Part shown: piece by piece, positions 1 to 10,350 of the stretch | How positions within the stretch are numbered: the first letter of the stretch is position 1 | How the letters are laid out: every line of letters starts with the position of its first letter | Assembly: GCF_051873075.1 (NCBI RefSeq) | Contig: NZ_JBJEEM010000079.1 | Location: 9,213-73,212 of the forward strand | Direction of reading: 5' to 3' | Length of the DNA: 64,000 nt | DNA from: Limosilactobacillus sp. | GTDB taxonomy: Bacteria > Bacillota > Bacilli > Lactobacillales > Lactobacillaceae | Program-made: the position numbers and the translations under genes | The notes under the pieces: generated by a model | Databases searched by the model: none | Told to the model about the DNA's origin: nothing | Seen by the model: only the letters and a program-made list of their open reading frames with translations

Positions 1-2124
1 CCGAGTCTGAGTAGTATGCACCGCACTACGCCGGGTCGTCTTTTCCTCCGGCAGGGACTTCTTAGCAACCTTCTCCAGGTCCCGTTCATCAATCTCCATC
101 TTGAGAATCCCGATCTGAACCTCCCACTTGTGGTTGCCGCGTTTGTCCAGCAGCTCGCCATACTGACCGTAAGACTTGACCAGTACCGCATCCCCCTTAT
201 GGAGGTCGTGCTTGGCCTTAGCCCGCTTGAGGACGCTATTGTGCTTGAGCCGCGGATCATCCTGGTGCAGGGCATTCAGGGCCCCCTGGGCATCGATCAA
301 CTGATTCTCCTTGACGTTGGCTCCTTGCTGGACCTCCAGCTGGCGGAGGTGGTGGATGATACTGTTGGCCTTCTTCTTAGCCATTGAGACCTGGTGGTTG
401 GCCTGGGAACGGGCCTGGTCGAAGAGCTTATCCCGTTGTTCGTTAAACCGGCTCAGCTTCTCGTCCAATTCCTTTTGTGTCCGCTCGTTGGCGCTTACCA
501 ATTTCGTCAGGCGTTCATTCTCCTCCCGGGCCGCCTTTCGTTGGGCCACCAGGTCACCGATCATCTTGTTAAGGTCCTGACTGTCGTCGCTGACCAGGGA
601 ACGGGCTTCGGCGATGACGGCCCCATCGATCCCCAAGCGTTGGGCGATTTCAATCCCGTTAGACCGTCCGGGGATCCCCAGCAGGAGCCGGTAGGTTGGC
701 TGGAGGGTCTCGGTATCAAACTCCATGCTGGCGTTGATCGTCTTTGCCCGGTCGTAGCCGTATACCTTCAGCTCCGGGTAGTGGGTCGTGATGACCGCCG
801 TGCTCCCCTTGCTGCCGATCTGGTCAAGGATCGCCATCGCCAGGGCCGCCCCTTCCTTAGGGTCCGTCCCGGCACCGAGTTCATCCAGCAGGACGAGGCT
901 CCGATCGGTGATTTGCTCAAGGATCGTCTTCACGTTATCCATGTGTCCCGAGAAGGTCGAAAGATTCTGCTCCAAAGACTGTTCGTCCCCAATGTCGGCA
1001 AAGATATCGTCAAAGACGCCAATTGTACTCCCCTCTTCCGCCGGAATAAACAGGCCTGACTGGCCCATCAGTTGAATCAGGCCGAGGGTCTTCAAGGTAA
1101 TCGTCTTCCCACCGGTGTTCGGCCCGGTGATCACGATGGCCTGGTAGTCTTTGCCGATCTTAATATCGTTAGGCACCACCTTATGCGGGTCAATCAAGGG
1201 GTGACGGGCATGGCGAAGGTTGACGTGGTTCTCTTGGGAAAGCAGGGGCAGGCTGGCCTTCATATCGTGAGCCAGGGCTGCCTTGGCATTAATAAAGTCC
1301 AGTTTGCCCAGTACCCGTTCGTTATTTTGAATATCGTGCCGGTACGGGGCGATCAGGGCCGAGAGCTCGGCCAGGATCTTCAGCATCTCCTGGCGTTCTT
1401 CAATCTGGGCCTGACGCAGACGGTTGTTGTACTCAACCACCCCGGCCGGCTCGATGTAAAGGGTCTGTCCGCTGGCACTTTGATCGTGAACCACCCCACC
1501 CAGTTTATTACGGTAACGGGCCAGGGCAGGTACGACATAGCGGTCATTTCTGATGGTCACTACTGGTTCGCTCAGGTACTTGGCGCCCTTCCCCCGAGTG
1601 TAGCGTTCCATCTGCTGATGAATCTCCCCCTCCGTCTTGACGATCAGCTGACGGATACCGTGCAGCTTAGTTGAGGCCTCATCATTCAAGCGGCCGTCCG
1701 GGTCTACTGACCGCACTAACCGCTGGGTGATTGAAGGGATCGTTACCAGCCGGTCAACCAGCTGGTCCAGGACCCGCAACTTGATCTTCTTCTCGCGCAT
1801 CTGGTCGAAAAAGTTCTTTACGCTCATACTGGTCTGCAGGACCTTGGTTACCTGGGCCAATTCCGTACCGTTAAGGTTGGCCCCGATCTTGAGCCGCTTC
1901 ATTTGGGGCTGGATATCTGCCAATTTGGGAATCGGAATCCCACCCTCAAGCCGCAGGATGTCTGCGCCATCAGTCGTCTCCGTCAGGTATTGCTGTACCC
2001 GGGCATAGTCGCCCTGCGGCACCATCCGCTCCAGCTCATGATGACCAGCCGCTGAAACCAGGTAACGGGCCAGCATCCCCTTGATGCGTGCAAATTCTAG
2101 TGTTTCCGTAATTTTGTGGTTCAT
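1..2124 (-). CDS. mutS2: Endonuclease MutS2 (MutS paralogue), 3' end cut by window edge
   Basis: Absent from the ORF track because it runs off the left edge. My minus-strand translation from ATG 2124..2122 reads MNHKITETLEFARIKGMLA..., with Walker A ITGPNTGGKTITLKT and DELGAGTDP. It stays open for 708 codons to position 1 and does not reach the Smr domain. The + strand ORFs 16..2008 are its antisense shadows. Confidence 0.9.
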   Translation of the reverse strand, partial: MNHKITETLEFARIKGMLARYLVSAAGHHELERMVPQGDYARVQQYLTETTDGADILRLEGGIPIPKLADIQPQMKRLKIGANLNGTELAQVTKVLQTSMSVKNFFDQMREKKIKLRVLDQLVDRLVTIPSITQRLVRSVDPDGRLNDEASTKLHGIRQLIVKTEGEIHQQMERYTRGKGAKYLSEPVVTIRNDRYVVPALARYRNKLGGVVHDQSASGQTLYIEPAGVVEYNNRLRQAQIEERQEMLKILAELSALIAPYRHDIQNNERVLGKLDFINAKAALAHDMKASLPLLSQENHVNLRHARHPLIDPHKVVPNDIKIGKDYQAIVITGPNTGGKTITLKTLGLIQLMGQSGLFIPAEEGSTIGVFDDIFADIGDEQSLEQNLSTFSGHMDNVKTILEQITDRSLVLLDELGAGTDPKEGAALAMAILDQIGSKGSTAVITTHYPELKVYGYDRAKTINASMEFDTETLQPTYRLLLGIPGRSNGIEIAQRLGIDGAVIAEARSLVSDDSQDLNKMIGDLVAQRKAAREENERLTKLVSANERTQKELDEKLSRFNEQRDKLFDQARSQANHQVSMAKKKANSIIHHLRQLEVQQGANVKENQLIDAQGALNALHQDDPRLKHNSVLKRAKAKHDLHKGDAVLVKSYGQYGELLDKRGNHKWEVQIGILKMEIDERDLEKVAKKSLPEEKTTRRSAVHTTQTR

Positions 2125-2137
2125 TCTCACTCTTCCT

Positions 2138-2665
2138 TTATTTAAGCGTATTGATCACTAATTGGGCCAGGTCCGGGGTCTGATTGATCATAAACTGGGC
2201 TAGTCCCGAATTGGCGAGCTGCAGCTGCCACCAGCCGGCTGGCCACAGCTGCAGGATTACCAGGGCCACGTAGATCACCACGTAGCCGACCACCAAGGAT
2301 AAAATCCCGCCGGCCAGCTGATCAAAGGTCCCAATTATCGGCAAACGCTTGATCCAGCGCAACTTGCCAATTCCCCAGTGGCAAAGGGCCGCGACCAAGG
2401 TGAAGATCACCAGAAAGGCAATCCCGTTATAGAAGAAGGCGTTATTGTCAACCGTCCTTAGGATTGTTGACGAATACGTCGCGTTCTGACTGACATCGGG
2501 CAACAGGCCGCTCAACCCACCGCCGAGTGCTCGAGCGCCCCATTTAGCAACCAGCCAACTGACCAGGTAGGTCCCCGTGTACAGAGCCATCATTAACAGG
2601 CCACGACGATGACCATTGATGAAGCAACCAATCAGGATCAAAATAATTAATGTTGTTAGAATCAT
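2138..2665 (-). CDS. cvpA: CvpA-family membrane protein
   Basis: 175 aa multi-TM protein. The N-terminus MILTTLIILILIGCFINGHRRGL is typical of the CvpA family, and the position next to mutS2 is as in other Firmicutes. Confidence 0.75.
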   Translation of the reverse strand: MILTTLIILILIGCFINGHRRGLLMMALYTGTYLVSWLVAKWGARALGGGLSGLLPDVSQNATYSSTILRTVDNNAFFYNGIAFLVIFTLVAALCHWGIGKLRWIKRLPIIGTFDQLAGGILSLVVGYVVIYVALVILQLWPAGWWQLQLANSGLAQFMINQTPDLAQLVINTLK

Positions 2666-2683
2666 GTTATTATCCTATCGATA

Positions 2684-2720
2684 GAAAAGGGAAGCAACAG
2701 CCCCATGGCTGTCACTTCCC
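2684..2720 (-). terminator. Intrinsic terminator after the DUF1292 gene
   Basis: Minus-strand hairpin gggaag-ug-acagcc-augg-ggcugu-ug-cuuccc followed by UUUUC. Confidence 0.65.
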
Positions 2721-2736
2721 GATTACTCGCTATATT

Positions 2737-3039
2737 TTAAGCATTGAAGTTCCCATCGTCATCGAGGAAGGTGTTGAGGACTTGTTCAACCATGTCCCAT
2801 TCCTTGTCGTCCTCGATCGGTACCAGGTCCTGGCCATCGCCGTCTTCGTTATCTGCAACGATGTAAGCCTGAATATCAACCGAATCATCATTCTCCTGCT
2901 CAGCAGGGTAGATGAAGATGTAGGACTTGCCATAATCATCGGAATCAAAGGTGAATAACTCCTTGAAGAGTTGTTCGTTACCGTCCTCGTCAATCAGGGT
3001 GATTAAGTTTTCATCGTTATTAGATTGTTGTTTGCTCAT
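2737..3039 (-). CDS. DUF1292/UPF0473 small acidic protein (YrzB-like)
   Basis: 100 aa and very acidic. [33 protein letters not shown] resembles UPF0473, and it sits directly after ruvX as in Bacillus. Confidence 0.75.
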   Translation of the reverse strand: MSKQQSNNDENLITLIDEDGNEQLFKELFTFDSDDYGKSYIFIYPAEQENDDSVDIQAYIVADNEDGDGQDLVPIEDDKEWDMVEQVLNTFLDDDGNFNA

Positions 3040-3051
3040 ATGAATTCATCC

Positions 3052-3495
3052 TTATTTTAATTTCTGGACTAAGCGGCCGTGACGATCCAAGTAGCTCTGC
3101 AGGATAAAGGTTGCAGCAACTTCATCGATCACCTTTTTTTGTTTGGCCCGGGAGATGTCGGCTTCTTCGACCAGCATCCGGTGAGCCTCAACGGTGGTTA
3201 GTCGTTCGTCTTGGAAATCAACGGGGATGTCAGGAAAACGCTGCAAGAGAAGGTCGCCGTAGTGCTTAGAGGCATCTACCCGTGGCCCCTCCGTGTTATT
3301 CATGTTCTTTGGCAGGCCGACCACGAATCCCGCAACCTGTTCCTTGGCAACCAGCTCAGCAACGCGATCAATCCCAAAGACTTCATTTTCTTCGTCGATG
3401 GGAATGATCTCGACTGCCTGCGCTGTCCAGCCCAGGGGGTCACTAACCGCAATCCCAACGGTCTTTGAACCGACATCCAGACCCATTAGTCTCAT
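3052..3495 (-). CDS. ruvX: Putative pre-16S rRNA nuclease / Holliday junction resolvase-like YqgF
   Basis: 147 aa, with the [20 protein letters not shown]-terminus typical of the YqgF/RuvX family. Confidence 0.9.
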   Translation of the reverse strand: MRLMGLDVGSKTVGIAVSDPLGWTAQAVEIIPIDEENEVFGIDRVAELVAKEQVAGFVVGLPKNMNNTEGPRVDASKHYGDLLLQRFPDIPVDFQDERLTTVEAHRMLVEEADISRAKQKKVIDEVAATFILQSYLDRHGRLVQKLK

Positions 3496-3761
3496 TTAGT
3501 CTCACCATTATTCTTCAGATACGACACAACTAATTCCTCAATGATCTCGTCACGTTCATGCTGACGGATCAAATTCCGGGCATCATTTAAACGGGGAATG
3601 TATGCCGGATCACCAGACAGAAGGTAGCCCACAATCTGGTTGATCGGGTTGTAGCCCTTCTCCTCTAAGGATTCGTATACCGTCTTGAGGGTATCCTTGA
3701 TATTCTTCTGCCGTTCCTGACCAAAGTCATAGAACATTGTTTCATCATTATTGGTAGTCAT
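3492..3761 (-). CDS. ireB: IreB-family regulatory phosphoprotein (UPF0297)
   Basis: 89 aa, with [42 protein letters not shown] characteristic of UPF0297. Its stop overlaps the ruvX start by 4 nt. Confidence 0.85.
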   Translation of the reverse strand: MTTNNDETMFYDFGQERQKNIKDTLKTVYESLEEKGYNPINQIVGYLLSGDPAYIPRLNDARNLIRQHERDEIIEELVVSYLKNNGETK

Positions 3762-3842
3762 AAATCGTCACCTCCGGCTAGTCTCTTAGCTACATATTTT
3801 ACTATAAATATCGGCAAATCACAATTAAGACGTTTTTGAAAC

Positions 3843-3880
3843 AAAAAAGCAACCAGGAGAATTACTTCCCACTGGTTGCC
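3843..3880 (-). terminator. Intrinsic terminator after alaS
   Basis: Minus-strand hairpin gcaaccag-(15 nt)-cugguugc followed by UUUUUUG. Confidence 0.8.
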
Positions 3881-3890
3881 CTTACCGTAA

Positions 3891-6545
3891 TTACTTATCC
3901 ATGTATTCCTTGGCGAGCTTCAGCGCATCCTGAATCCCGGCTGGGTTCTTACCACCGGCCTGGGCCAGGTTTGGCCGACCGCCACCGCCACCATTGATAG
4001 CCTTGGCAATCGCCTTGATCAAGTCACCAGCCTTTAAGCCAGCCTTGACCTTGTCGTCACTCACGGCAACCAGCAAATTAGCCTTATCGCCATTGGCAGT
4101 CCCTAGAACCAGGACGTCAGAGAGCTTCTTGGCACGCCAGCTATCAGCCAGTTGACGGAGCTGACCCATCCCGGCAACCTTGACTTCGGCAGCAATCAGG
4201 CGACCCTGCTTGGTATCCTGAACGTTTTCAAAGACGTTGTTGGCCTGTTGGGCAGCGATCTTGGCTTCTAAGGCCGCACTCTTCTTCTGGGCATCCTTCA
4301 AGTCAGCTTGCAGAGCGGCAACCTGGTGAGGAACCTCCTTGATCTGAGCGGTCTTCAATTCCGCTGCCGTCTGTTCAAGCAGATTATCGCGATCCTGCAG
4401 GAACTTGAAGGCGTCGCTGGAGGTAACAGCTTCGATCCGCCGGACACCGGCACCGACCCCACCTTCGGACACAATCTTGAAGAGGCCCAATTCGTTAGTG
4501 TTCTTGACGTGGTCACCACCACAGAATTCGGTGTTGTAGTCGCCAATCTTAACGACCCGCACCTTGTCACCGTACTTGTCGGAGAAGAGGGCAATGGCTC
4601 CCATCTCCTTGGCTGAGTCGATGTCCGTTTCCACAGTCTTGACCGGAATTTCCTTCCAGATCTGCTCGTTGACCATCTGTTCAACCGCCTGCAGGTCATT
4701 GGCAGTAACCTGGCCAAAGTGGTTGAAATCAAAGCGCAGGTAGTGCTCTTCGACCAGTGAACCGGCTTGCTGGGTGTGACCACCCAAGACATTGCGCAAT
4801 GCCTGGTCAAGCAAGTGGGTTGCGGTGTGGTTCTTTTCGATCTTCAGGTGACGAAGACGGTCAACAACTAGCTTGTAGCGGGCCCCCTTCTTCAGTGGCG
4901 CACTCAATTCAACCCGGTGCAGGTTCTGCTGGTTTGGTGCATGCTGGACGTCGACGACCCGGCCGACCTTCTTGCCGTAATTATCGATGATGTCACCGGT
5001 ATCGGCAACCTGACCACCCATTTCAGCATAGAATGGGGTCACGTCAAAGATGACCTCGATATCCTTGTCATCGGCATCCGCGGAGTCCGCCTGCTTACCA
5101 TCATGGGCCAGGCCGATTACCTTGGCATCATCGACCGTCAGATCAGTGTAGCCGACGTACTTGCTGTCTTCCTTAAAGTCCGTCCACAGGTCGGTCTGAA
5201 CACCCATCCCGTTGTCCATATCACGGGCGTTGCGGGCCCGGTTCTGCTGCTCAGTCATGGCAGCTTCAAAGCCCTTTTGGTCAACTGTCAGGCCTTCGTC
5301 GCTGGCGTATTCCTTGGTCAGCTCGATTGGGAAGCCATAAGTATCGTAGAGCTTGAAGGCAGTCTTGCCGTCGATCTCGTTGGTGCCGTTCTTCTTGGCT
5401 TCAGCGATCACGTTGTTTAAGAGGTTCAGCCCGCCGTTCAGGGTTGCACTGAAGCGATCCTCTTCTGACTTAATGACGGAGGCAATGTAGTCGGCGTTCT
5501 CAAGGACGTCTGGGTAGTAGTCCTGCATGATCTTGCCGACCGTTGGAACCATCTTAGCCAAGAACGGTTCATCGATGCCCAATTTCTTGCCGGCAACAAC
5601 GGCCCGCCGCAGCAGACGCCGAATGACGTAGCCACGCCCCATGTTGGATGGCAGGGCACCATCACCGATAGCAAAGGTGATTGTCCGGATGTGGTCGGCG
5701 ATGATCTTAAATTGGATGTCGTCTTCCTTGTTTTCGCCGTACTTCTTCGTCCCGCTAAACTCTTCGGTCTGCTTAATCAGCGGCATGAAGAGGTCGGTTT
5801 CAAAGTTGGTTGGGGCGTTTTCGAAGATGGAAACAACCCGTTCCAGCCCCATCCCGGTATCAATGTTCTTGTGCGGCAATGGTTCGTAGGTGTCTTCAGG
5901 GGTGTGGTTGAACTGACTGAAGACGATGTTCCAGATCTCCAGGTAACGTTCGTTTTCCCCACCAGGATAGTTTTCAGGATCGTCATCGGCCAGGTTGTTA
6001 AACTCTTGCCCACGGTCGTAGAAGATTTCGGTATCTGGACCAGATGGACCCTGGCCAATGTCCCAGAAGTTATCCTCATCCGGAACCAGGTGATCCTCAG
6101 CCACCCCGACTTCACGCCACTTGTTATAAGCGTCGTGGTCCTTTGGGTAGTAGGTAATGTAAAGCCGAGCTGGGTCAAAGCCGAACCACTTGTCACTGGT
6201 CAGCAGTTCCCAGGCCCACGGAATCACCTCGTTCTTGAAGTAATCACCAACGGAGAAGTTCCCCAGCATTTCAAACATGGTGTGGTGCCGAGCTGTCTTC
6301 CCAACGTTTTCAATGTCGTTGGTCCGGATACTCTTCTGCGAAGAAGTCATCCGCGGATTTTCTGGAACAACCTGACCATCAAAGTACTTCTTCATCGTGG
6401 CTACCCCAGAGTTGATCCACAGCAGGGTTGGGTCATTGACAGGAACCAGGGAAGCACTTGGCATGATCTTGTGCCCGTGTTCTTCGAAGAACTTCAGGTA
6501 CATCCGCCGAACCTGAGCACTATTCAGCTTCTTTAACTTTTTCAT
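3891..6545 (-). CDS. alaS: Alanine--tRNA ligase
   Basis: Full-length AlaRS-like protein (FFEEHGH..., WNIVFSQFN, C-terminal GGGGRPNLAQAGG). I moved the start to the second ATG (MKKLKKLNSAQVRR), which has an AAAGGGAGA SD 7 nt upstream. It is preceded by a T-box leader. Confidence 0.97.
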   Translation of the reverse strand: MKKLKKLNSAQVRRMYLKFFEEHGHKIMPSASLVPVNDPTLLWINSGVATMKKYFDGQVVPENPRMTSSQKSIRTNDIENVGKTARHHTMFEMLGNFSVGDYFKNEVIPWAWELLTSDKWFGFDPARLYITYYPKDHDAYNKWREVGVAEDHLVPDEDNFWDIGQGPSGPDTEIFYDRGQEFNNLADDDPENYPGGENERYLEIWNIVFSQFNHTPEDTYEPLPHKNIDTGMGLERVVSIFENAPTNFETDLFMPLIKQTEEFSGTKKYGENKEDDIQFKIIADHIRTITFAIGDGALPSNMGRGYVIRRLLRRAVVAGKKLGIDEPFLAKMVPTVGKIMQDYYPDVLENADYIASVIKSEEDRFSATLNGGLNLLNNVIAEAKKNGTNEIDGKTAFKLYDTYGFPIELTKEYASDEGLTVDQKGFEAAMTEQQNRARNARDMDNGMGVQTDLWTDFKEDSKYVGYTDLTVDDAKVIGLAHDGKQADSADADDKDIEVIFDVTPFYAEMGGQVADTGDIIDNYGKKVGRVVDVQHAPNQQNLHRVELSAPLKKGARYKLVVDRLRHLKIEKNHTATHLLDQALRNVLGGHTQQAGSLVEEHYLRFDFNHFGQVTANDLQAVEQMVNEQIWKEIPVKTVETDIDSAKEMGAIALFSDKYGDKVRVVKIGDYNTEFCGGDHVKNTNELGLFKIVSEGGVGAGVRRIEAVTSSDAFKFLQDRDNLLEQTAAELKTAQIKEVPHQVAALQADLKDAQKKSAALEAKIAAQQANNVFENVQDTKQGRLIAAEVKVAGMGQLRQLADSWRAKKLSDVLVLGTANGDKANLLVAVSDDKVKAGLKAGDLIKAIAKAINGGGGGRPNLAQAGGKNPAGIQDALKLAKEYMDK

Positions 6546-6560
6546 GATATCTCCCTTTCC

Positions 6561-6772
6561 AAAAAACAAAATCCATCCTTGCGATCAGAGACGCCGGACG
6601 ACGCGGTACCACTCTGCTTGCAACGATGGATTTCGTTTACCTCTTATTTCTCGACCAAATGCCGAGTTGAATATCAAATTTTATGAATGGGGAGCACCCG
6701 CCAGGTAATCATCGGCCGTCACAGCAACCCGACCGTCTCTGAAAATCATCCCTGACCGGCATATCCCAGACG
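6561..6772 (-). promoter_or_regulatory. T-box riboswitch leader of alaS
   Basis: The minus-strand leader carries an AGAGA bulge (uucAGAGAcgg) and the T-box core AGAGUGGUACCGCG (rc of 6602..6612). A terminator, aaauccaucguugc...gcaaggauggauuu plus UGUUUUUU, encloses that core. A GCU triplet (ggguGCUcccc) lies on the 3' side of Stem I, but I could not fix the specifier by eye. Confidence 0.85.
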
Positions 6773-6778
6773 AACCAT

Positions 6779-6807
6779 ATTATAGCGAACTTGACTGCTA
6801 AAATCAA
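6779..6807 (-). promoter_or_regulatory. Sigma-A-type promoter for the alaS leader
   Basis: Minus strand TTGATT-17 nt-TATAAT. The -35 hexamer (6802..6807) overlaps the cshB stop codon (6804..6806). Confidence 0.6.
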
Positions 6808-8177
6808 CGGGCATTCCGTTCCCGACGGTGCTGCCGTTGCCGCTGGCGCTTGGCCTTGCGGATCTTATGACGCAGTTCCAACTTGCGCTTTTGCTGCTCA
6901 TCTTCCTTGATGGCCCGCTTGATCCGCTTCTTGTAACCGGGTTTGACCCGCTTCTTGGTCTTCTTGACAAAGCCCTTCATCGACGGGTCAAGCTCATCGC
7001 GCTTGCGCCGGTAGTTCTTCCGCCGGTTCCGGTCGTGGGTCGTCACCAACCGGCCGCCCTTAAATTCCTTCGGGACAAACTTGATACCGCGTTCTTCCAG
7101 CTTATCAATCAATTCATCCTCAGCGGGTGCGTACAGGGTGATCGCCGTACCGGTCATCCCGTTCCGGCCGGTCCGGCCAACCCGGTGAACAAAGTATTCG
7201 AGATCGGTTGGAATGTCATCGTTGATCACCAGCGAAACCCCGTCAATGTCAATCCCCCGGGCAGCCAAGTCGGTCGCAACCACGTATTGATAATCCAAGT
7301 TGCGCACCTGCCGCATGGTCCGCTTGCGCCGGCGAGCCTCCAAGCCCCCGTGGATCATGGCCACTTTGAGGCCCTGGCCTTCCAGGTACCGGGTCAGTTC
7401 TTCGACCCGTTCCTTGGTATTGGCAAAAACGAGTGCCAAGTACGGTTCCCCCATGGTCAGCAACCGGTAGATCAGTTGGTTCTTGTCCTGCCCCTTCGTT
7501 GACATCAGCCAGTTTTGCACGTCCGGGTTGATAACCGCCTGAGTCGGGATCTCCTCAACTTGCGGATTGGCCATGTACTTCTTCAAAAACGGCCGCAATT
7601 TCTTAGGAATCGTGGCTGAGAAAACCATCATCTGCAGGTCTTCCGGGAAGTTGCTGGCGATCTGGTCAACCTGTTCCAAGAATCCCATGTCCAGGGTCAT
7701 GTCGGCCTCATCGACCACGAACATCGTTGCCGTGTGGATATCCAGCGCCTGGCTCTTGATCAAGTCCAATACCCGCCCGGGCGTCCCAATCACCAGTTGT
7801 GGCTGCTTACGGGCCAGCTGGTCAACCTGGTGCTGCTTATCGGTCCCCCCGACATAGTTATGGATGGTAAGCGGCTGGGGAGCAAACTTGTTTAATTGCT
7901 TAGCAGCCCCGTAGATCTGGTAGGCCAGTTCCCGACTCGGCGTGGTGATTACCGCCTGCACTGCCTGTACTTCGGGATTAATCCGGGCAAAGAGCGGCAG
8001 AAGGAAGGCGTGGGTCTTCCCGCTCCCGGTCGCCGATTGGCCGACAACACTTTGTCCCTTTAGAATGTCAGGGATCACCCGTTCCTGGATCGCGGTCGGT
8101 TGGTAAAAGTTAATCGCTTGAACCGCCTTAATCAGGTATGGCGGCAATTTAAAGTTCTTAAACTTATTTTCAGTCAT
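6804..8177 (-). CDS. cshB: DEAD-box ATP-dependent RNA helicase (CshB-like)
   Basis: 457 aa with Q-motif/Walker A GQSATGSGKTHAF, VVDEADMTLD (DEAD box), SAT, and a basic Lys/Arg-rich C-terminal tail. Confidence 0.85.
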   Translation of the reverse strand: MTENKFKNFKLPPYLIKAVQAINFYQPTAIQERVIPDILKGQSVVGQSATGSGKTHAFLLPLFARINPEVQAVQAVITTPSRELAYQIYGAAKQLNKFAPQPLTIHNYVGGTDKQHQVDQLARKQPQLVIGTPGRVLDLIKSQALDIHTATMFVVDEADMTLDMGFLEQVDQIASNFPEDLQMMVFSATIPKKLRPFLKKYMANPQVEEIPTQAVINPDVQNWLMSTKGQDKNQLIYRLLTMGEPYLALVFANTKERVEELTRYLEGQGLKVAMIHGGLEARRRKRTMRQVRNLDYQYVVATDLAARGIDIDGVSLVINDDIPTDLEYFVHRVGRTGRNGMTGTAITLYAPAEDELIDKLEERGIKFVPKEFKGGRLVTTHDRNRRKNYRRKRDELDPSMKGFVKKTKKRVKPGYKKRIKRAIKEDEQQKRKLELRHKIRKAKRQRQRQHRRERNAR

Positions 8178-8195
8178 TTGTCAGTTCCTTTCGGT

Positions 8196-9152
8196 TTACT
8201 TCGTTGCATAATCAGTGGTCAGCTGGTCAAGCTCACTAATCACCTGCTTGATTTCTTCTTGGTCCTTGGCCTTAGCACCGCTGGCGAGTTCATGACCCCC
8301 ACCATCGTGTTGCTTGGCTAGGCCATTGATAGCAGGTCCCTTAGAACGCAGACGAATCCGGTAGTGCCCATCTGCCTGTTCAACAAAGATGGCCCAGGCG
8401 CTGACGTCCTTAATCCGTCCAGGCAACGAGACCACCGCTGAGGTACCAGCCTCGCTCAGGCCGAACTTATCCAGCAAGTCATTCGTCAGGACAACATAGG
8501 CCGCCCCATGCTCAAGGATCGTCAGGTGTTCATAAACATATGCCGACAGACGGGCAAGCGGCAGGGTGATCTCGTTCTCCCGCTGACTGATCGCCGCCGC
8601 ATCTGCCCCGGCAGCCATCAGAGCACCGGCAACCAGCATCGTCCGCGGCGTGGTGGCCGGGTAGAGGAAACGTCCGGTATCGCCGATGATTCCGGCATAG
8701 AGAGCGCTGGCCGCCTTCTTCGGCAACTTTAATTCCTTAGCAAAGTGCTGGTAGAATGCGTAGATCATTTCAGAACAGCTAGAGGCGTCCGGTTCGACCC
8801 ACATCAGGTCGCCAAACGGCTCGTCGTTCGGGTGGTGGTCGATCTTGATCAGTTCATCACCATTATCAAAACGACGGTCATCAATCCGCGGCGCGTTGGC
8901 AGTGTCGGTAACGATCACCAATGCATCGTCAAAGGTATCATTATCGATCTCATCCATCGTGCCGATCCAGTCAAAGCCCGGAATGTGCTTACCAACCACG
9001 TAGACCTGCTTGTAGGGGAAGGAAGCCTTCAGAATCTCGGCCAGGCCCACCTGGGAGCCGATGGCATCCGGATCGGGGCGCTGGTGCCGGTGAATGATGA
9101 TTTTGTTATACTTTTTGATTTGTGCAAAAATTGCTGCTAATTGATCAGCCAT
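8196..9152 (-). CDS. nrnA: DHH/DHHA1 phosphoesterase, NrnA-like oligoribonuclease/pAp phosphatase
   Basis: 318 aa with HRHQRPDPDAIGSQ, VTDTAN, IDHHPN and GGGHELASGA motifs. Confidence 0.8.
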   Translation of the reverse strand: MADQLAAIFAQIKKYNKIIIHRHQRPDPDAIGSQVGLAEILKASFPYKQVYVVGKHIPGFDWIGTMDEIDNDTFDDALVIVTDTANAPRIDDRRFDNGDELIKIDHHPNDEPFGDLMWVEPDASSCSEMIYAFYQHFAKELKLPKKAASALYAGIIGDTGRFLYPATTPRTMLVAGALMAAGADAAAISQRENEITLPLARLSAYVYEHLTILEHGAAYVVLTNDLLDKFGLSEAGTSAVVSLPGRIKDVSAWAIFVEQADGHYRIRLRSKGPAINGLAKQHDGGGHELASGAKAKDQEEIKQVISELDQLTTDYATK

Positions 9153-9225
9153 AATTGTTTACCCTCTTATCCAAAATTTATTCTAACAATTAAGTATACC
9201 AGCAATCGGCAGGCGGGCCAATTTT

Positions 9226-9262
9226 TAAAACAAAATACCCCCTGCATCATAGCAGGAGGTAT
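9226..9262 (-). terminator. Intrinsic terminator after gnd
   Basis: Minus-strand hairpin auaccuccugc-uaugau-gcaggggguau followed by UUUGUUUU. Confidence 0.7.
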
Positions 9263-9285
9263 TGCAAGCAAACTAACCGAGCTGA

Positions 9286-10197
9286 TTAGTCCTTCTTAGC
9301 AGCGTCCATTGCGTGGCCACCGAAACCATTCCGCAGTGCAGAAACGACCTTACCATCGAAGGAGTCGTCTTGCATTGAACGGAACCGTTGACTTAATGCT
9401 TCGTAGATAACCGGCGTTGGTACTTGCTTGTCCATTGCGTCCATCAGGGTCCAGTGAGCTTCACCAGAACTGTGCATCCGACCAGCGATCTTGTCCAGGT
9501 GTGGGTCCTTTTCGAAGGCTTCTTGAGCCAATTCCATCAGCCATGAGCGGATAACAGAACCGTGGTTCCACATCTTGGCAACGGCAGCGTTGTCGTAGTC
9601 AAAGTCAGAAGCTTCCAGAACTTCGAAACCTTCACCCATGGCTTCCATCATACCGTATTCGATCGCGTTGTGAACCATCTTGAGGTAGTGACCAGAACCA
9701 GCCTTACCAGTATATAGGTAGCCGTCCTTTTCAGCAATTCCATCGAACAATGGGGCAAGACGCTTTTCAAAGATATCCTTGTCGTCCCCACCGATCATGA
9801 AGTTACCATCCTTGAGGGCACCCTTCCAACCGCCTGAAGAACCGCAGTCGAAGTAGTGAATACCCTTTTCGGTGAACATGCGATTGTGACGCATGGAGTC
9901 CTTCCAGAAAGTGTTACCACCGTCGATAACCGTGTCGTCAGCGTCAAGCAGGTCAGCTAACTGGTCCATAGTGGAGTCAGTTGGCTTGCCGGCTGGAACC
10001 ATTACCCAAACAGTCCGTGGTTGGTTAAGCTTCTTAACCATTTCTTCCAGGGTGTAGGCAGGTTCTGCACCGTAAGAAGCAGCTTCTTCAACCAACTTCT
10101 TGTCAAGGTCAAAGGCAACCACTTGGTTGTCATTGCGCAACATGTTTTGGCAAAGGTGGATACCCATCTTACCTAAACCAATCAATCCGATTTGCAT
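9286..10197 (-). CDS. gnd: 6-phosphogluconate dehydrogenase (decarboxylating), short YqeC/Gnd-like type
   Basis: I moved the start to MQIGLIGLGKMG (Rossmann GxGxxG) at 10197, which has an AGGAGGG SD. The 36 extra N-terminal codons in the ORF track lack an SD. Confidence 0.8.
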   Translation of the reverse strand: MQIGLIGLGKMGIHLCQNMLRNDNQVVAFDLDKKLVEEAASYGAEPAYTLEEMVKKLNQPRTVWVMVPAGKPTDSTMDQLADLLDADDTVIDGGNTFWKDSMRHNRMFTEKGIHYFDCGSSGGWKGALKDGNFMIGGDDKDIFEKRLAPLFDGIAEKDGYLYTGKAGSGHYLKMVHNAIEYGMMEAMGEGFEVLEASDFDYDNAAVAKMWNHGSVIRSWLMELAQEAFEKDPHLDKIAGRMHSSGEAHWTLMDAMDKQVPTPVIYEALSQRFRSMQDDSFDGKVVSALRNGFGGHAMDAAKKD

Positions 10198-10350
10198 TAG
10201 ATTTTCCCTCCTGTATTTACGTCTCACTAAGGAAATGCAGCCCTCAGCAAGGGATAAGGACGCATAAACGTCGTGCCTGATTAAACACTCGGTAAGTGCA
10301 TACAATCAGACGTCCGTTAAAAGTTTCCCACTTTTTGGGGAATTAGTCAA

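Noticed and set aside
5691-6536. Long + strand ORFs opposite real minus-strand genes, for example 394..1059, 1072..1674, 5691..6536 (281 aa), 16577..17401 (274 aa), 17615..18193, 36539..37174 and 52552..53286.
   Set aside because: Each lies wholly inside and antisense to a confidently identified housekeeping gene (mutS2, alaS, mutS, valS, mbl). They have no SD sequences, low-complexity Leu/Val/Gly/Arg-rich composition, and no recognisable motifs. These are typical shadow ORFs of codon-biased genes.
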